From: an uncultured Verrucomicrobiae bacterium
GTDB lineage: Bacteria > Verrucomicrobiota > Verrucomicrobiia > Chthoniobacterales > UBA10450
DNA length: 64,000 nucleotides
Direction: 5' to 3'
Assembly (NCBI GenBank): GCA_963726745.1
Contig: CAVSDR010000006.1
Location: forward strand, 800,001 to 864,000
The translations under genes and the position numbers were made by a program. Shown here in pieces: positions 1-10,746 of this stretch (positions are counted from its first letter, which is position 1; every line of letters starts with the position of its first letter). Under the pieces are notes generated by a model, which did not search any database, was not told the DNA's origin, and saw only the letters and a list, made by a program, of their open reading frames with translations.

Positions 1-438
1 AAAGTCCACCTGCGCCAGATCCCCGAGGATGGAATGCATCTCGAGGGGGAGGAAGATTGTCCGCTGCCGGAATTGGCCGAGCAGGATGTCGCGTGCGCCG
101 GGCCCTTGCGTTACGCGCTCGATCTCGGGATTTCCGACAACTCGCTCTGGGCCAACGGCACGCTCGCGCAGCCGGTAAAAATGACCTGCGTCTCCTGCCT
201 GACGCGTTTTGTGCATACGATCGAGGTGCCGGCCTTTGGGATCCTGGTCGATCTCGGCGGACCCGAAGAGGTCGATCTCGAGCCGTATGTGCGGGAAGAT
301 TTGCTCCTGAATCTGCCGGCGCACCCGCATTGCGATCAACACGGCGGGCTGGTCTGCCGGCCGCCGCAGCTACCCACGGCCTCGCCGGATGAGCCGCGCA
401 AGCCCGATTGGAGCGCGCTCGACCAGCTGGATTTGTAA
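1..438 (+). CDS. yceD: DUF177/YceD family protein (5'-truncated by window edge)
   Basis: Frame open from base 1 (KVHLRQIPEDGMHLEG...); CxxC 'CVSCL', 'DLEPYVREDLLLNLP..PHC...C', terminal 'WSALDQLDL'. Confidence 0.85.
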   Translation, partial: KVHLRQIPEDGMHLEGEEDCPLPELAEQDVACAGPLRYALDLGISDNSLWANGTLAQPVKMTCVSCLTRFVHTIEVPAFGILVDLGGPEEVDLEPYVREDLLLNLPAHPHCDQHGGLVCRPPQLPTASPDEPRKPDWSALDQLDL

Positions 439-448
439 GGCGCGCGCT

Positions 449-2602
449 TCAGTGCAGGGAGTAGATTTCGATGAGGCCCACCCCGGTCGTGCCGCCGGCG
501 CCGCGCACAATCGCGGTGTGCGGCGTGGGCGGGAGCGTGGCTACGATCGCTGACTCAAGTTCATTGGCCGGCGCGAGTGTGCTGGCAAGGATTTCCGCTT
601 CCTGATGGCTGCGCCAGTCATCGTTGAACGCGATGCGCGTGCCGTCGCGATTAAACAATTCGACGGTCGGATCGGGGACTTTGCCGGCCAACGGCAAGGA
701 GGGGCCGAGTGCGCGGACGAGGACTTTCTTGGGACCGGGTCCACTAATGATGAAGCCGCCGATGAGGACCTGGTCGCCGAGGCCGACCCGGCCGCGCGTG
801 GAAAGGTTGAGCAGGTCGGGTCCGAGACGGCGATCGAGATCATATAATTCCAAGAGGCCACTGCCGGTGGCGCCATGCGCGCCGCGCAGGATGGCAGTAT
901 AGCCGACGCCATCCGCATCCGCGGGCAACCGGGCGAGGATGGCGGCTTCGTTCGCGGAGGCGGGCGCGAGACCGGTGTCGATGATTTCCTGCTGGTTGGT
1001 GTTCGCGTCCCAATTGTCGTTCGTCGCGATAAGGGCGCCGGTGCGATCGTGCAATTCGAGCACGGGATCGGCGAGCCCGTCGCTGATCCCGCTCGCGCCT
1101 AACGAGGGTCCGAGAGCACGCAAGAGGACGCGTTTCGGCGACTGGCCGCGGATAATAAATCCACTGATGGCCACGTCGTCGCCGGTGCCGACCTGGACGC
1201 GCGCAGAAACGTTCGCCAGCTGCGTCCCCCCCGGGGCCGGCGGATATTGCGCAATGAACTGGCTGCGCGTGCCCGGCCAGATGGTGTTCGCGGACGGGGC
1301 GGTATCCTGCACGCCCGTCAGCATCAGGCGATAGCTCTCGTTAGGCAGGAGCGGCGAAACCGTCAGGAGGACGGTGTCGGGTTCGGGGCCGAGGGCGGCT
1401 GCGGAGACGGTGGCACCGCGGTCGAGGGCGTAGTTCGAGGCGCTGGCCGCCGTTCCCGGATCCACGTGGCTATTGAAGCGGACGAGGAGATGGGAGGTGT
1501 CCTCGAAGAGGAAAACCGAGAGCACTTCCAGCGGGCTGGCGATCCATTGCCGCAACGCTCGCATGGCGGTTTCGTGGACGACGTTTTTCGCCAGAGGCGG
1601 CATTTTGAATTGATCGAGCGCATTGTCCCTTTGGTGCAGGGGGGAGCCGGCGAGATCGCGAAACTTCACATAAGAATTGAGCAGGTTTTGATTTTCGAGC
1701 GGGGTGTTAAAACGGCCGTCGTAGCCCGGGCCGAAACCGCCCGGTCGATGGCAGTGCGAACAGTTCGCGTCGATCCACGAGCGCATGCGGTGCTGCACGG
1801 TGGCCGTCGGGTCGCTGACCGCAACGGCACGGGGATAGGTCGCGAAATTTTCCTCCCTAAGCGCAGGGTTGAAGAGGCCGAGATGGTTCAGCGTGCGCAA
1901 TTGATTGTCCGTCCGTCCGGTCGACGGGTAAGTGAAATTCCCATTCAACTGATGCGTCTTCGGCCCGAGGACGTAATTCGCCTGCTGGTTATGGCAGAAG
2001 AGACAATCGGCCCGGCTCGGATAGGAGTAACGTTGCAGGCGCGTGACTCCGGACGCGTTGGTGATCGCGATGTCCTCTTCAAAGCCGCCGGGCAGCAGGT
2101 CCGCGTCGCTTTCGTCCGGGCGCCACTTGTAGGTCACGCCGTAGACCGCGCCTTCGGCATTGCGCACGAGAAGGCGCGTCTCGAGCCGTTTCCGTGCGCC
2201 CGTCGCTTCATCCACGATCAGCTCGAAGTGCTTCACGAAGACGGTGCCGTTAGGGAAGGTCCATTCGCCCATGGGCACGAAGTTAATTTGCTCTGCCGGT
2301 GTGTAGGGCGCCCCGTCGTTCGGGACCGCCATCCAGCGGGTTTTGAGCGCACCATCCGACCAGAGCGGCGAGTTTACCGTGAAAGGAACCAGCGCATCGA
2401 TCGGTGTGAGCGTTGATAAATCCCGGAAAGCGCCGGTCGCGGAGAGAACGGGCGGGAAAGCGAACGCGCCGCTCATCGGCGGCAGACGGTTATTCAAATA
2501 CGGGCCGATGGGCGCGCGCCCATCGAGACCGGGAGGCGCCTGCGCGCAAGCCACGGAGGCGAGCCACACGCTCGCGCAGCCGCAAAGAAATGCTCGCCCC
2601 AT
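449..2602 (-). CDS. Secreted diheme c-type cytochrome-domain protein (SO2930-like) with Ig-like domain and two C-terminal 'N(L/V)S(T/A)R' domains
   Basis: Signal peptide; two CxxCH motifs (CLFCH, CSHCH); 'SPLWSDGALKTRW', 'FPNGTVFVKHF', 'RLETRLL', 'MPPL'; C-terminal repeats NVSARVQVG / NLSTRGRVG. Confidence 0.75.
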   Translation of the reverse strand: MGRAFLCGCASVWLASVACAQAPPGLDGRAPIGPYLNNRLPPMSGAFAFPPVLSATGAFRDLSTLTPIDALVPFTVNSPLWSDGALKTRWMAVPNDGAPYTPAEQINFVPMGEWTFPNGTVFVKHFELIVDEATGARKRLETRLLVRNAEGAVYGVTYKWRPDESDADLLPGGFEEDIAITNASGVTRLQRYSYPSRADCLFCHNQQANYVLGPKTHQLNGNFTYPSTGRTDNQLRTLNHLGLFNPALREENFATYPRAVAVSDPTATVQHRMRSWIDANCSHCHRPGGFGPGYDGRFNTPLENQNLLNSYVKFRDLAGSPLHQRDNALDQFKMPPLAKNVVHETAMRALRQWIASPLEVLSVFLFEDTSHLLVRFNSHVDPGTAASASNYALDRGATVSAAALGPEPDTVLLTVSPLLPNESYRLMLTGVQDTAPSANTIWPGTRSQFIAQYPPAPGGTQLANVSARVQVGTGDDVAISGFIIRGQSPKRVLLRALGPSLGASGISDGLADPVLELHDRTGALIATNDNWDANTNQQEIIDTGLAPASANEAAILARLPADADGVGYTAILRGAHGATGSGLLELYDLDRRLGPDLLNLSTRGRVGLGDQVLIGGFIISGPGPKKVLVRALGPSLPLAGKVPDPTVELFNRDGTRIAFNDDWRSHQEAEILASTLAPANELESAIVATLPPTPHTAIVRGAGGTTGVGLIEIYSLH

Positions 2603-2613
2603 GAAGGTGCGGA

Positions 2614-3784
2614 CTAATTCAGCGAATACACTTCCACCGTGGCCACACCGGTGGTGCGGTTTTTACCGCGCACAATGGCGGTGCGCGGACCCGGAGGAAG
2701 CGTCACGACAATGGCCGCCTCCAGGTTATTGGGAGGCGGGACCGTGCTGGCGATGATCTCCGCTTCCTGGTCGCTCCGCCAGTCGTCGTTCATCGCCATG
2801 CGGGCTCCGTTGCCATCGAAAAGCTCGAGCACCGGATCACCCAGGCCGCCGGCCACCGGTAAGGACGGGCCCAGCGCCCTCACGAGCACCTTCTTCGTGC
2901 CGCTGCCGCTGATGATGAAGCCGCCGATCATGACGTTGTCATCGGTCTGGACAAAGCCACGGCTGGAGATATTCGCGAGCGCAGCGTCACCAGTCACATC
3001 CAGTTCATACACTTCCACGGATGCGACCCCCGTGGTCCGTCCAACGCCGCGCACGATCGCGGTGTAGCCCGTCCGGTTGGAGGGCAGGGTCGTGAGGATG
3101 GCCGCCTCGAGGTTGTTTGTGGGGGCGACGGTGCTGTCGATGATTTCCTGGCGATTCGGCGCGTCCATCCAGTTGTCGTTCGTGGCGATGGAACCACTCG
3201 GGCCGACCAGCTCCAAGGTGGGATCCGCCATGCTTCCGGCCACGCCGAGCGACGGACCGCGGGTGCGGACGAGCAGGCGTTTTGCCTGCGTGCCCGTGAT
3301 GATGAAGCCCCCGATGAGGACGTTGTCGTCCGTCTGCACGGAGAGGCGCGTGGAAATATTCCCGAGCACGGGAGAACGCGGCGTGACCTCGGCGACGGTG
3401 ATCTGGCCGGTCATGCCCATGCTCAGATGGGGCCGGCAATAATAATCGAACGTGCCGGCGTTATTAAAAGTATACGAAAAAGTGAAGGGCGAACGCACGG
3501 TGCCGGAATCAAAAAGCCCATCGGGAGTGCCGTCTTTCCCGGAGGTGACACTGTGGAAAAATCCATTTTGTGCCCAGGTCCACGTGACGGTATCGCCGCG
3601 TTGGATGGAAAGCTGCCCAGGATCGAACGATGGACTGTCGCCACCGACAGCCACATTGAAGGTGGCCGCCGGTGATCGTCCCGCTGGTCGCGATAATGAG
3701 GCCTGCGGCGAGGATAGAAAGACGAAGCCACCGGTCGAAATAACCAGCTGGTCCACTCGTCACGACCGGGTTTTTTGTTCTCAT
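2614..3784 (-). CDS. Secreted plastocyanin/azurin-like cupredoxin with two C-terminal 'NISTR' domains (probable frameshift near 3670)
   Basis: Type-1 Cu ligands 'HSVT...YYCRPHLSMGM'; ATG at 3784 with AGGAAAGG upstream and signal-like 'WLRLSILAAGLIIA' in another frame joins the 2614..3756 ORF by one indel. Confidence 0.75.
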
Positions 3785-3884
3785 ATTGCTCGCCTTTCCT
3801 GTTGGGTTTGTCCTGCCTGTTGCTATTTTAAGGTGGAGCGCACTCGGCCGCTCGCGGTTACAGGCGACTTTCTCCGCGCTGGCT

Positions 3885-3931
3885 GTGAAAGTCCTTAAGC
3901 CCTCGCTGAATTTCCCTGAAATTTCCTGAAC
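3885..3931. promoter_or_regulatory. 10-bp-periodic CTGAA direct repeats between divergent genes, candidate wHTH regulator site
   Basis: CTGAA at 3906, 3916, 3926; degenerate copies near 3885 and 3894. Confidence 0.55.
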
Positions 3932-3935
3932 TCCC

Positions 3936-6135
3936 GTGATGAACGCTCGGCCTGCCCCCGTTTATGAGTTCGGCGATTTCCGGTTAGACTTGGGCCGTCG
4001 CCTTTTGTGGCGAGACGGCGCGCCCGTCTCGCTCACTCCGCGAGTCTTCGAGACTCTGCTCTATCTGCTCGAGCATCAGGGCACCGTGCTCGACAAAGAG
4101 CGCCTCATGGAAGCGATCTGGCCGGACACGATCGTCGAAGAAAATAATCTTACCCAGAACATCTCGACCCTGCGTCGCATCTTTGGAGAGACGCCGGGAG
4201 CACATCGCTTCATCGTCACCGTGCCGGGCCGCGGTTACCGCTTTGTCGCCGAAGTCAGGACGGTCGATAAAGCGATAGAGCCGCCGGAGCCGCGCGCCGA
4301 ACCGGCAGCGATCGGCCCGCAACCAGTGGCCAAAGCCTTGCCGACCGAGGCGAAGCCGGCGACTGGGAGGGCGGTCGGCTCGATCGCTGCGGCGGCCGTC
4401 GTCCTGCTGCTTGGCGCCTCCGCCTTCTTTTGGTGGCGCCATCCCGCGAGCCTCCCCGCCCCTTCACTTTCGCCAGGCAAAAGCATCGCCGTGCTCCCTT
4501 TCGAAAACCTCAGCCGCGATCCGGAGAATGCGTATTTCGCGGCCGGGTATGCAGGACGAAATCCTCTCAAACCTCGCGAAGATTTCCGCCTTGAAAGTGA
4601 TCAGCCGCACCTCGGCCAATCTCTACAAAACCGGCAGCCCGCGAAACGCGCGCGAGATTGGCCAACAACTCGGCGTGGCCCATTTGCTCGAAGGGAGCGT
4701 GCAGCGCGCGGGTGACCGGGTGCGGGTAAACGCGCAGCTTATTGATACGCGCACCGACACGCATCTTTGGGCGCAAAGCTACGACCGCCAGCTGGCCGAC
4801 GTCTTCGCCATCCAGGCGGAAATCGCGCAGACGATCGCCGCGCAGTTGCAAGCGCAAATCTCCCCGCGGGAAAAAGCTGCGATCGCACAGGCACCCACTA
4901 CAGACCTCGTCGCCAACGCACTTTATGCGCAGGCGATGAGTGCCGAATCCGAACCCGACCAGCAGCAGGCGGCCCTGCGAGCCGTGCGTCTGCTCGAGGA
5001 AGCGGTCGCGCGCGATCCGCACTTCCTCCTCGCGTACTGCGCGCTGAGTCAGATGCATCTCTCGCTTTACTTTGGCGGCCACGATCATACGCCAGCCCGG
5101 CGCGAACTGGCCCATGCAGCGATTGAAAATGCCGCCCGCATCCAACTCGATGCCGGCGAAGTGCATCTGGCCCGCGCACAGTATTGGCTGCACGGCTTCC
5201 GCGAGTACGAACGTGCGCGCCGAGAACTGGACATCGCTCGCCAGAGCTTGCCGAACCATCCGAAAATCTATTTCTGGAGCGCCGTGATCGACCGCCGGCA
5301 GGGCCAATGGGAAGCCGCGATCGAAAACGGCATGCGCGCGGTCGAGCTGGATCCTCGCAACGTTGAGTTCATCAACCTGGCCGCCGGCACCTATGAACGG
5401 CTGCGACGTTATCCCGAAGCGGCCCAGCTCTACGAGCGCGCCGCGGCAGTCGCGCCCCAAGACTTTTTCGCGCGTATCTTTCGCGCGTCATTACCGCTCC
5501 ACCTGCGCGCCGATTTTCATCCTCTGCGCGCCGAACTCGAGGCCGTGCTCAGGGAAAAGCCCTCGGCTGCGCCCGGCATGGCCGACATGCTCTTCTATTG
5601 CGCAGTAATCGAGCGTGACCCTGCCGCCGCCGCTCGTGCGCTGACGATGATACCCCTGGGAGGAATGGCCGCGGGCCACCAATTCATCTGGCCGCGCGAA
5701 TGGTTTGAGGGCGTCGCGGCGCGCACCTTTAATGATCCAGTGGCCGCGCGCACCGCTTTCACCGCCGCGCGCGCGATCCTCGAGAAAGCGGTGCGCGAAT
5801 CACCCGACTACGCGGATGGTTGGAGTCTGCTCAGCCGCATCGACGGGGCGCTGGGTCGGAAGGAAGAAGCGATCGCTGAAGGCCTTCGCGCCTGCGAATT
5901 GTTGCCCTTGTTCACCGACGCCTGGTTCGGAGCCTGGCCGGTGCGGAACCTGGCTTGGACCTACGCGTGGGTGGGAGAAAAAGACCGCGCGCTCGAACAA
6001 CTGGAGATATTGCAGCGCGAGGGCGGCATCCATTACGGCGAGTTAATCTTGAATCCGGAGTGGGATTCGCTCCGCGATGAGCCTCGCTTCAAAGAAATCC
6101 TCGCAGCGCTCGCGCCGAAAGAGCACGGCGACTGA
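3936..6135 (+). CDS. CadC/OmpR-type winged-helix + TM + TolB-N-like + TPR regulator (frameshift near 4546)
   Basis: 'YEFGDFRLD...LTPRVFETLLYL...EENNLTQNISTLRR...TVPGRGYRF'; TM helix; 'SIAVLPFENLS' continuing in the other frame as 'MQDEILSNLAKISALKVISRTS' and TPRs. Confidence 0.85.
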
Positions 6136-6220
6136 ACCGTCGGCGGCCGCGAAGCGCACTTGCCAAAGGCGAAACGCGAATTTGCGGTTTCGCGATTCCC
6201 TGCTTTCCTATTCGGCTCTT

Positions 6221-6400
6221 ATGGGAGTCCCAAAACGCAAAACATCCAAGATGCGCCTGCGCACGCGCAAGGCTTCGCATCGTTGGGAAGCCCCGCAGCT
6301 CAACAAGTGCCCACAGTGCAGCAGCACGGTGCGTTCGCACACGGCCTGCCCTTCGTGCGGCTATTACAAGGGCCGCCAGGTCCTGACGGTCGAAGCCTAG
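6221..6400 (+). CDS. rpmF: 50S ribosomal protein L32
   Basis: MGVPKRKTSK...CPQC...HTACPSCGYYKGR; upstream of plsX. Confidence 0.97.
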   Translation: MGVPKRKTSKMRLRTRKASHRWEAPQLNKCPQCSSTVRSHTACPSCGYYKGRQVLTVEA

Positions 6401-6523
6401 TTCTCGCCGGCACGTGCGCTTTCGCCTTCGCTTGCACCCCGGCGGTGTGAGCGTGCCGCACGCCCGCGCCGAAGCCGCTGGAGGGTTGCATTCCCTGCGC
6501 GACACTCGCAGACTCCCGCACCA

Positions 6524-7557
6524 GTGAAAATCGCACTCGATGCCATGGGCGGCGATTTCGGGCCGCCCAATCTCGTGGGCGGCGCGGTCATGGCCCTGCG
6601 GGAATACCCGCGCATCGACCAGCTCTTCCTCGTGGGCGATACCGCGCAGATCGAGGGCGAACTGAAAAAGCTCGGCTGCAATGATCGCCGGATCGAGATC
6701 GTCCATTCCACCCAGGTGGTCGAGATGTCGGACAAAGCGGTCGAGTCCGTCCGCCGCAAGAAAGATTCCTCGATCAGCCGCGCCGTTGATCTGGTGAAAC
6801 AAAAGCAGGCCGAGGCCGTGGTCAGCGCCGGGCCACACCGGTGCCGCCGTGGCCGCGACCACGATCAAACTTCGCACCCTCCCAGGCGTGGAACGCCCGG
6901 GCATTGCCTCGATCATTCCTACGGAGAGCAACCTTTTCGTGCTCATCGACGCCGGCGCGAACGTCGATCCCCGCCCGATGCATCTCCTGCAATACGGCAT
7001 CATGGGCTCGGTTTATTCGCGCCATGTCCTTGGCTACAAAACGCCGTCTATCGGGCTGATGTCGATCGGCGAAGAGGACGTGAAAGGGAGCGATTTCACC
7101 AAGGAAGTCTTCAAGATGCTCAAGCAGAGCGCGCTGAATTTTCGCGGCAACATCGAGGGGCACGATCTTTTCGCGCACCCGGTTGAGGTCGTCGTATGCG
7201 ACGGCTTTGTCGGCAACGTCATCCTCAAAACCTGCGAGTCGGTGGGCGACGCGATCTTCAAATGGCTCAAGCACGAGCTGACGAAAAACAAGATCCGCAT
7301 GGCCGGCGCGTACCTCGCGCAGTCGGCCTTCAAGACCATCCGCAAAAAAGTGAACTACGAGGAATACGGCGGCTCGCCGCTTGCTGGGCGTGAACGGCAT
7401 TTGCATCATCGCGCACGGCGCGAGCACGCCGCTGGCGATCAAGAATGCGCTCCGCGTTGCGGCCGAGTCGATTGAACACGAAGTGAACCCGCATATCGTC
7501 GAGGAGATTCGCCGCTACCATGAAACGACAGCCCCGCTCGAGCCCGCGCTCCGCTAG
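6524..7557 (+). CDS. plsX: Phosphate acyltransferase PlsX (frameshifts near 6830 and 7383)
   Basis: 'IALDAMGGDFGP', 'RTLPGVERPGIA', 'DAGAN', 'VCDGFVGN', then 'GVNGICIIAHGAS' in a third frame; rpmF-plsX-fabH order. Confidence 0.95.
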
Positions 7558-8545
7558 ACCCGGGCGCTCCGTTTCGATCGTCGGCACCGGCTCTTACGTC
7601 CCGGAGCGGATTCTTTCGAACGAAGACCTCTCGAAAATCGTCGACACGACCGACGAGTGGATCACCACCCGCACCGGGATCAAACAGCGCCGCATCGCCG
7701 CGGCCGACGAACAGACGAGCGACATGGCCACGAAGGCTGCGCTCGCCGCGATGGAGCAGGCCGGCGTGACCGCGGGCGAGATCGATCTCATCCTCGTGGC
7801 CACGGCCACGCCGGACATGATGTTTCCCGCGACCGCTTGCTTCGTGCAGGCGAAAATCGGCGCGAAGAAAGCCGCCTGCCTCGATGTCTCCGCGGCTTGC
7901 GCGGGCTTCCTTTTTGCCGTCGAGATCGGGCAGCAATTCATCACCTCGCACACCTACGACACCGTGCTCGTGATCGGCGCGGAGAAGCTCAGCTCGATCA
8001 CGAATTGGACTGATCGGAACACCTGCGTGCTCTTCGGCGACGGCGCCGGTGCGGTCATTCTGCGCCACCGCGATGCCAGCAGCCACGGCGTGATCAGCAC
8101 TCACATCGGGAGCGACGGAAATTTTGCCGACATTCTCTACATGCCGGGTGGCGGCAGCCGCACCCCGCTGACCGCGGAGAACGTGGGCGACAACCTGCAG
8201 ACGATCCACATGTCCGGGAAGGACGTCTACAAGCAGGCGGTCATCTCCATGCTCGCGGCCGCGAACAAGGCGCTCGAGACCGCCGGTCTAACGACCGATG
8301 ACATCGCCTGCGTGATTCCGCACCAGGCGAACCTGCGCATCATCGAGGCCATCGGTGAACGGCTCAAAATTCCCAAGGACCGCGTCTTCGTGAACGTGGA
8401 CAAATACGGGAACACTTCCGCCGCGGCGGTGGCGATTGCGCTCGATGAGGCAAATCGCAGCGGCCGGATCAAACAGGGCGATTACGTCTTGCTGATTGTT
8501 TTTGGCGGCGGGCTCACCTGGGCCAGCAGCGTGATGGAGTGGTAG
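7520..8545 (+). CDS. fabH: Beta-ketoacyl-ACP synthase III
   Basis: 'AACAGF', 'PHQANLRII', 'YGNTSAA', 'FGGGLTW'. Confidence 0.97.
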   Translation: MKRQPRSSPRSARPGRSVSIVGTGSYVPERILSNEDLSKIVDTTDEWITTRTGIKQRRIAAADEQTSDMATKAALAAMEQAGVTAGEIDLILVATATPDMMFPATACFVQAKIGAKKAACLDVSAACAGFLFAVEIGQQFITSHTYDTVLVIGAEKLSSITNWTDRNTCVLFGDGAGAVILRHRDASSHGVISTHIGSDGNFADILYMPGGGSRTPLTAENVGDNLQTIHMSGKDVYKQAVISMLAAANKALETAGLTTDDIACVIPHQANLRIIEAIGERLKIPKDRVFVNVDKYGNTSAAAVAIALDEANRSGRIKQGDYVLLIVFGGGLTWASSVMEW

Positions 8546-8574
8546 CGCCGCTCCGTTGCGCGCCGCCCTCGCGT

Positions 8575-8913
8575 CTAACGAAGATGCGCCGACTTCTCCG
8601 CCAGGTCTTTTTCCAGCCGCGCGCACATCAGGTCACAGAGCTCCATGATCTGCGGATCGGAGATGAAGTAGAAGGCGTTCACGCCCTGCTTTCTCCGGTC
8701 GACCATTCCCACCTCCATGAGGATGCCGAGATGCTTCGAGACGTTCCCCTGGCTCAGGCCGGTGAGGCCCACAAGCGCGGTGACGTTTTGCTCGCCCTGT
8801 TCAAGCGCAACCAGGAGTGCCAGGCGCGCCGGTTCGCTTAAAACCTGGAAGCGCCGCGCGACCATTTGCAGGCCGCGGGCCGAGAGGCGCGGTTTACTGG
8901 ATTTTCGGGGCAT
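8575..8913 (-). CDS. ArsR/SmtB family repressor
   Basis: 'FQVLSEPARLALL...NVTALVGLTGLSQGNVSKHLGIL...RRKQG'; C-terminal 'LCDLMC'; divergent from sulfur operon. Confidence 0.9.
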   Translation of the reverse strand: MPRKSSKPRLSARGLQMVARRFQVLSEPARLALLVALEQGEQNVTALVGLTGLSQGNVSKHLGILMEVGMVDRRKQGVNAFYFISDPQIMELCDLMCARLEKDLAEKSAHLR

Positions 8914-8940
8914 GACAAAAGAAGACGGCCGGTTTATACT

Positions 8941-8958
8941 ACTATATCGATATATAGT
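8941..8958. promoter_or_regulatory. Inverted-repeat operator ACTATAT-CGAT-ATATAGT
   Basis: Perfect 7-4-7 inverted repeat in the AT-rich 81-bp gap between arsR and the operon. Confidence 0.7.
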
Positions 8959-8994
8959 CGAGGAACGGCCGCCCGTCCTTCCATTCACCAACCC

Positions 8995-9258
8995 ATGAAA
9001 CTTGTAAATCTTTCGGCCCATTACCCGCTGATCACGGCGCTTCTCCTTGGAGCCCTCCTCGGGGCGGCGCTGGGCTACTTCGGCCAGTGCACTTCCGGCA
9101 CCTGCCCACTCACTTCCACTTGGTGGCGCGGCGCGCTTTATGGCGCCTTTCTCGGCGTCCTCTTTGGGTTGAGTTCGGAGCGTCGACCGGCGGCGAAGGT
9201 CGAATCAGGCAAGGACAGAAACCCGTCACGTGGCGAGGTGGCCGACTCCTCTCGTTAG
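8995..9258 (+). CDS. Small membrane protein, DUF6132-like (CxxGTCP motif)
   Basis: Two hydrophobic helices flanking 'GQCTSGTCPLTS'. Confidence 0.7.
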   Translation: MKLVNLSAHYPLITALLLGALLGAALGYFGQCTSGTCPLTSTWWRGALYGAFLGVLFGLSSERRPAAKVESGKDRNPSRGEVADSSR

Positions 9259-9341
9259 CCGCAAAAAGACCTTTTCAACTCAACAAAATAGACAGCGCGC
9301 TCAGCGGGAAACGCCAACCGCGCAAACGAAATCAACACCTC

Positions 9342-10746
9342 ATGTCACTCATCTTTGAACGCATCCAAACCGACGGCATCGCCGAGCTTTCCTATCTCGT
9401 GGGCGACGACAGCGAGGGCGTTGCGGCCGTCTTCGATCCGACACCGGACGTCGACAAATATCTCGAGCTGGCGCGGGAGAATAATCTCTCGATCACGCAC
9501 ATCTTCGAGACGCATATCCACGCCGATCTCGTGAGCGGTGCGCGGGAACTTTGCGCGCGGGTCGATTCGGCCAAAATCTTCGCCAGCCACGAGGGCGAGG
9601 CGCGTTACGGCTTCGACACCGAGAAGGTGAAGGACGGCGACACCTTCACGCTCGGCAGCACGGTCATCACCGCGCGGCACACGCCCGGGCACACGCCGGA
9701 GCACATGAGCTACGAGTTGGCCGAGAAGGAGCGGAAGGAGAAACCGTGGGGCGTGCTCACGGGCGATTCGCTTTTCGTCAGCTCGGCCGGGCGGCCTGAT
9801 CTGCTCGGCTCAAGCGAATCGGAGAAGCTGGCCAAGCAGCAATTTCACACCTTGCGCGATTACTTCCTCGAGCTGCCGGACAGCGTCATGATCCATCCCG
9901 CGCACGGCGCCGGCTCGCCCTGCGGCGCGGACATTGGCGACCGCCTCGTGAGCACGATCGGCTACGAGCGGACGACGAATCCCTTCCTCCAGTTCGACGA
10001 CGTGAAGGAGTTCACGCACTACGCGCTCAGCACCGCGCCGCCGGTCCCGACTTATTACCCGCGGATGAAAAAGGTGAACGCGAAAGGCCCCGAGATCATC
10101 GGCAATCTCCCGCGCGTGCCGGGCCTGCCGCCGAAGGCGTTCAAGGAAGCGATCGCGGAGAAGGAGAACGTCCTGATCGACACGCGCACGATGCTCGGCT
10201 TTGGCGGCGGACACATCCCCGGCGCGCTCAACATCGGCGGCTCGCCCATGCTTTCGATCTGGGCCGGCTGGCTGCTCGACCCGGAAAAGCCGGTCCTGCT
10301 CGTGCTCGAGAAAGACAGCGCGCTCGAGGACGTGGTCCGCTATTTCATCCGCACCGGTTACACGAAGTTTGCCGGCTATTTGGTCGGCGGGATGAAGTCG
10401 TGGGACAACGCCGGCTTCGAGATCGCGCGCGTCCCGCAGATGAGCGTGCACGAGGTCAATGCGGCCGCCGAGGGCGAGCTGCAGATCTTCGACGTGCGCA
10501 CGCCGGACGAATGGAAAGGCGGCCACATCCCCGGCGCGCATCATCTTTTCCTGCCGGAGATTCGCGAGAAAGTCGGCGCCGTTCGACAAGACGAAACCGA
10601 CCGCGGTCTATTGCGACAGCGGCTACCGCGCGAGCATCGCCACGAGCATGCTGAAGCAGGAAGGCTTCACCGATGTGCGCAATATCCCGGGTAGCTGGCA
10701 GGCCTGGAAGAAGGCCGGCTTCGAAGTGGAAGGAAAGATCTCATGA
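9342..10746 (+). CDS. MBL-fold persulfide dioxygenase-rhodanese fusion, CstB-like (frameshift near 10578)
   Basis: 'ETHIHADLVSG', 'TPGHTPEH', 'TGDSLF', 'HGAGSPCG'; two rhodanese domains, last with 'YCDSGYRAS' in shifted frame. Confidence 0.88.

Noticed and set aside
6524..7557. plsX as a pseudogene or programmed frameshift
   Set aside because: Similar single-base indels, often in short runs, hit many unrelated genes (near 3670, 4546, 6830, 7383, 10578, 11765, 27521, 31526, 47185, 57888) with otherwise intact motifs; best explained as sequencing error
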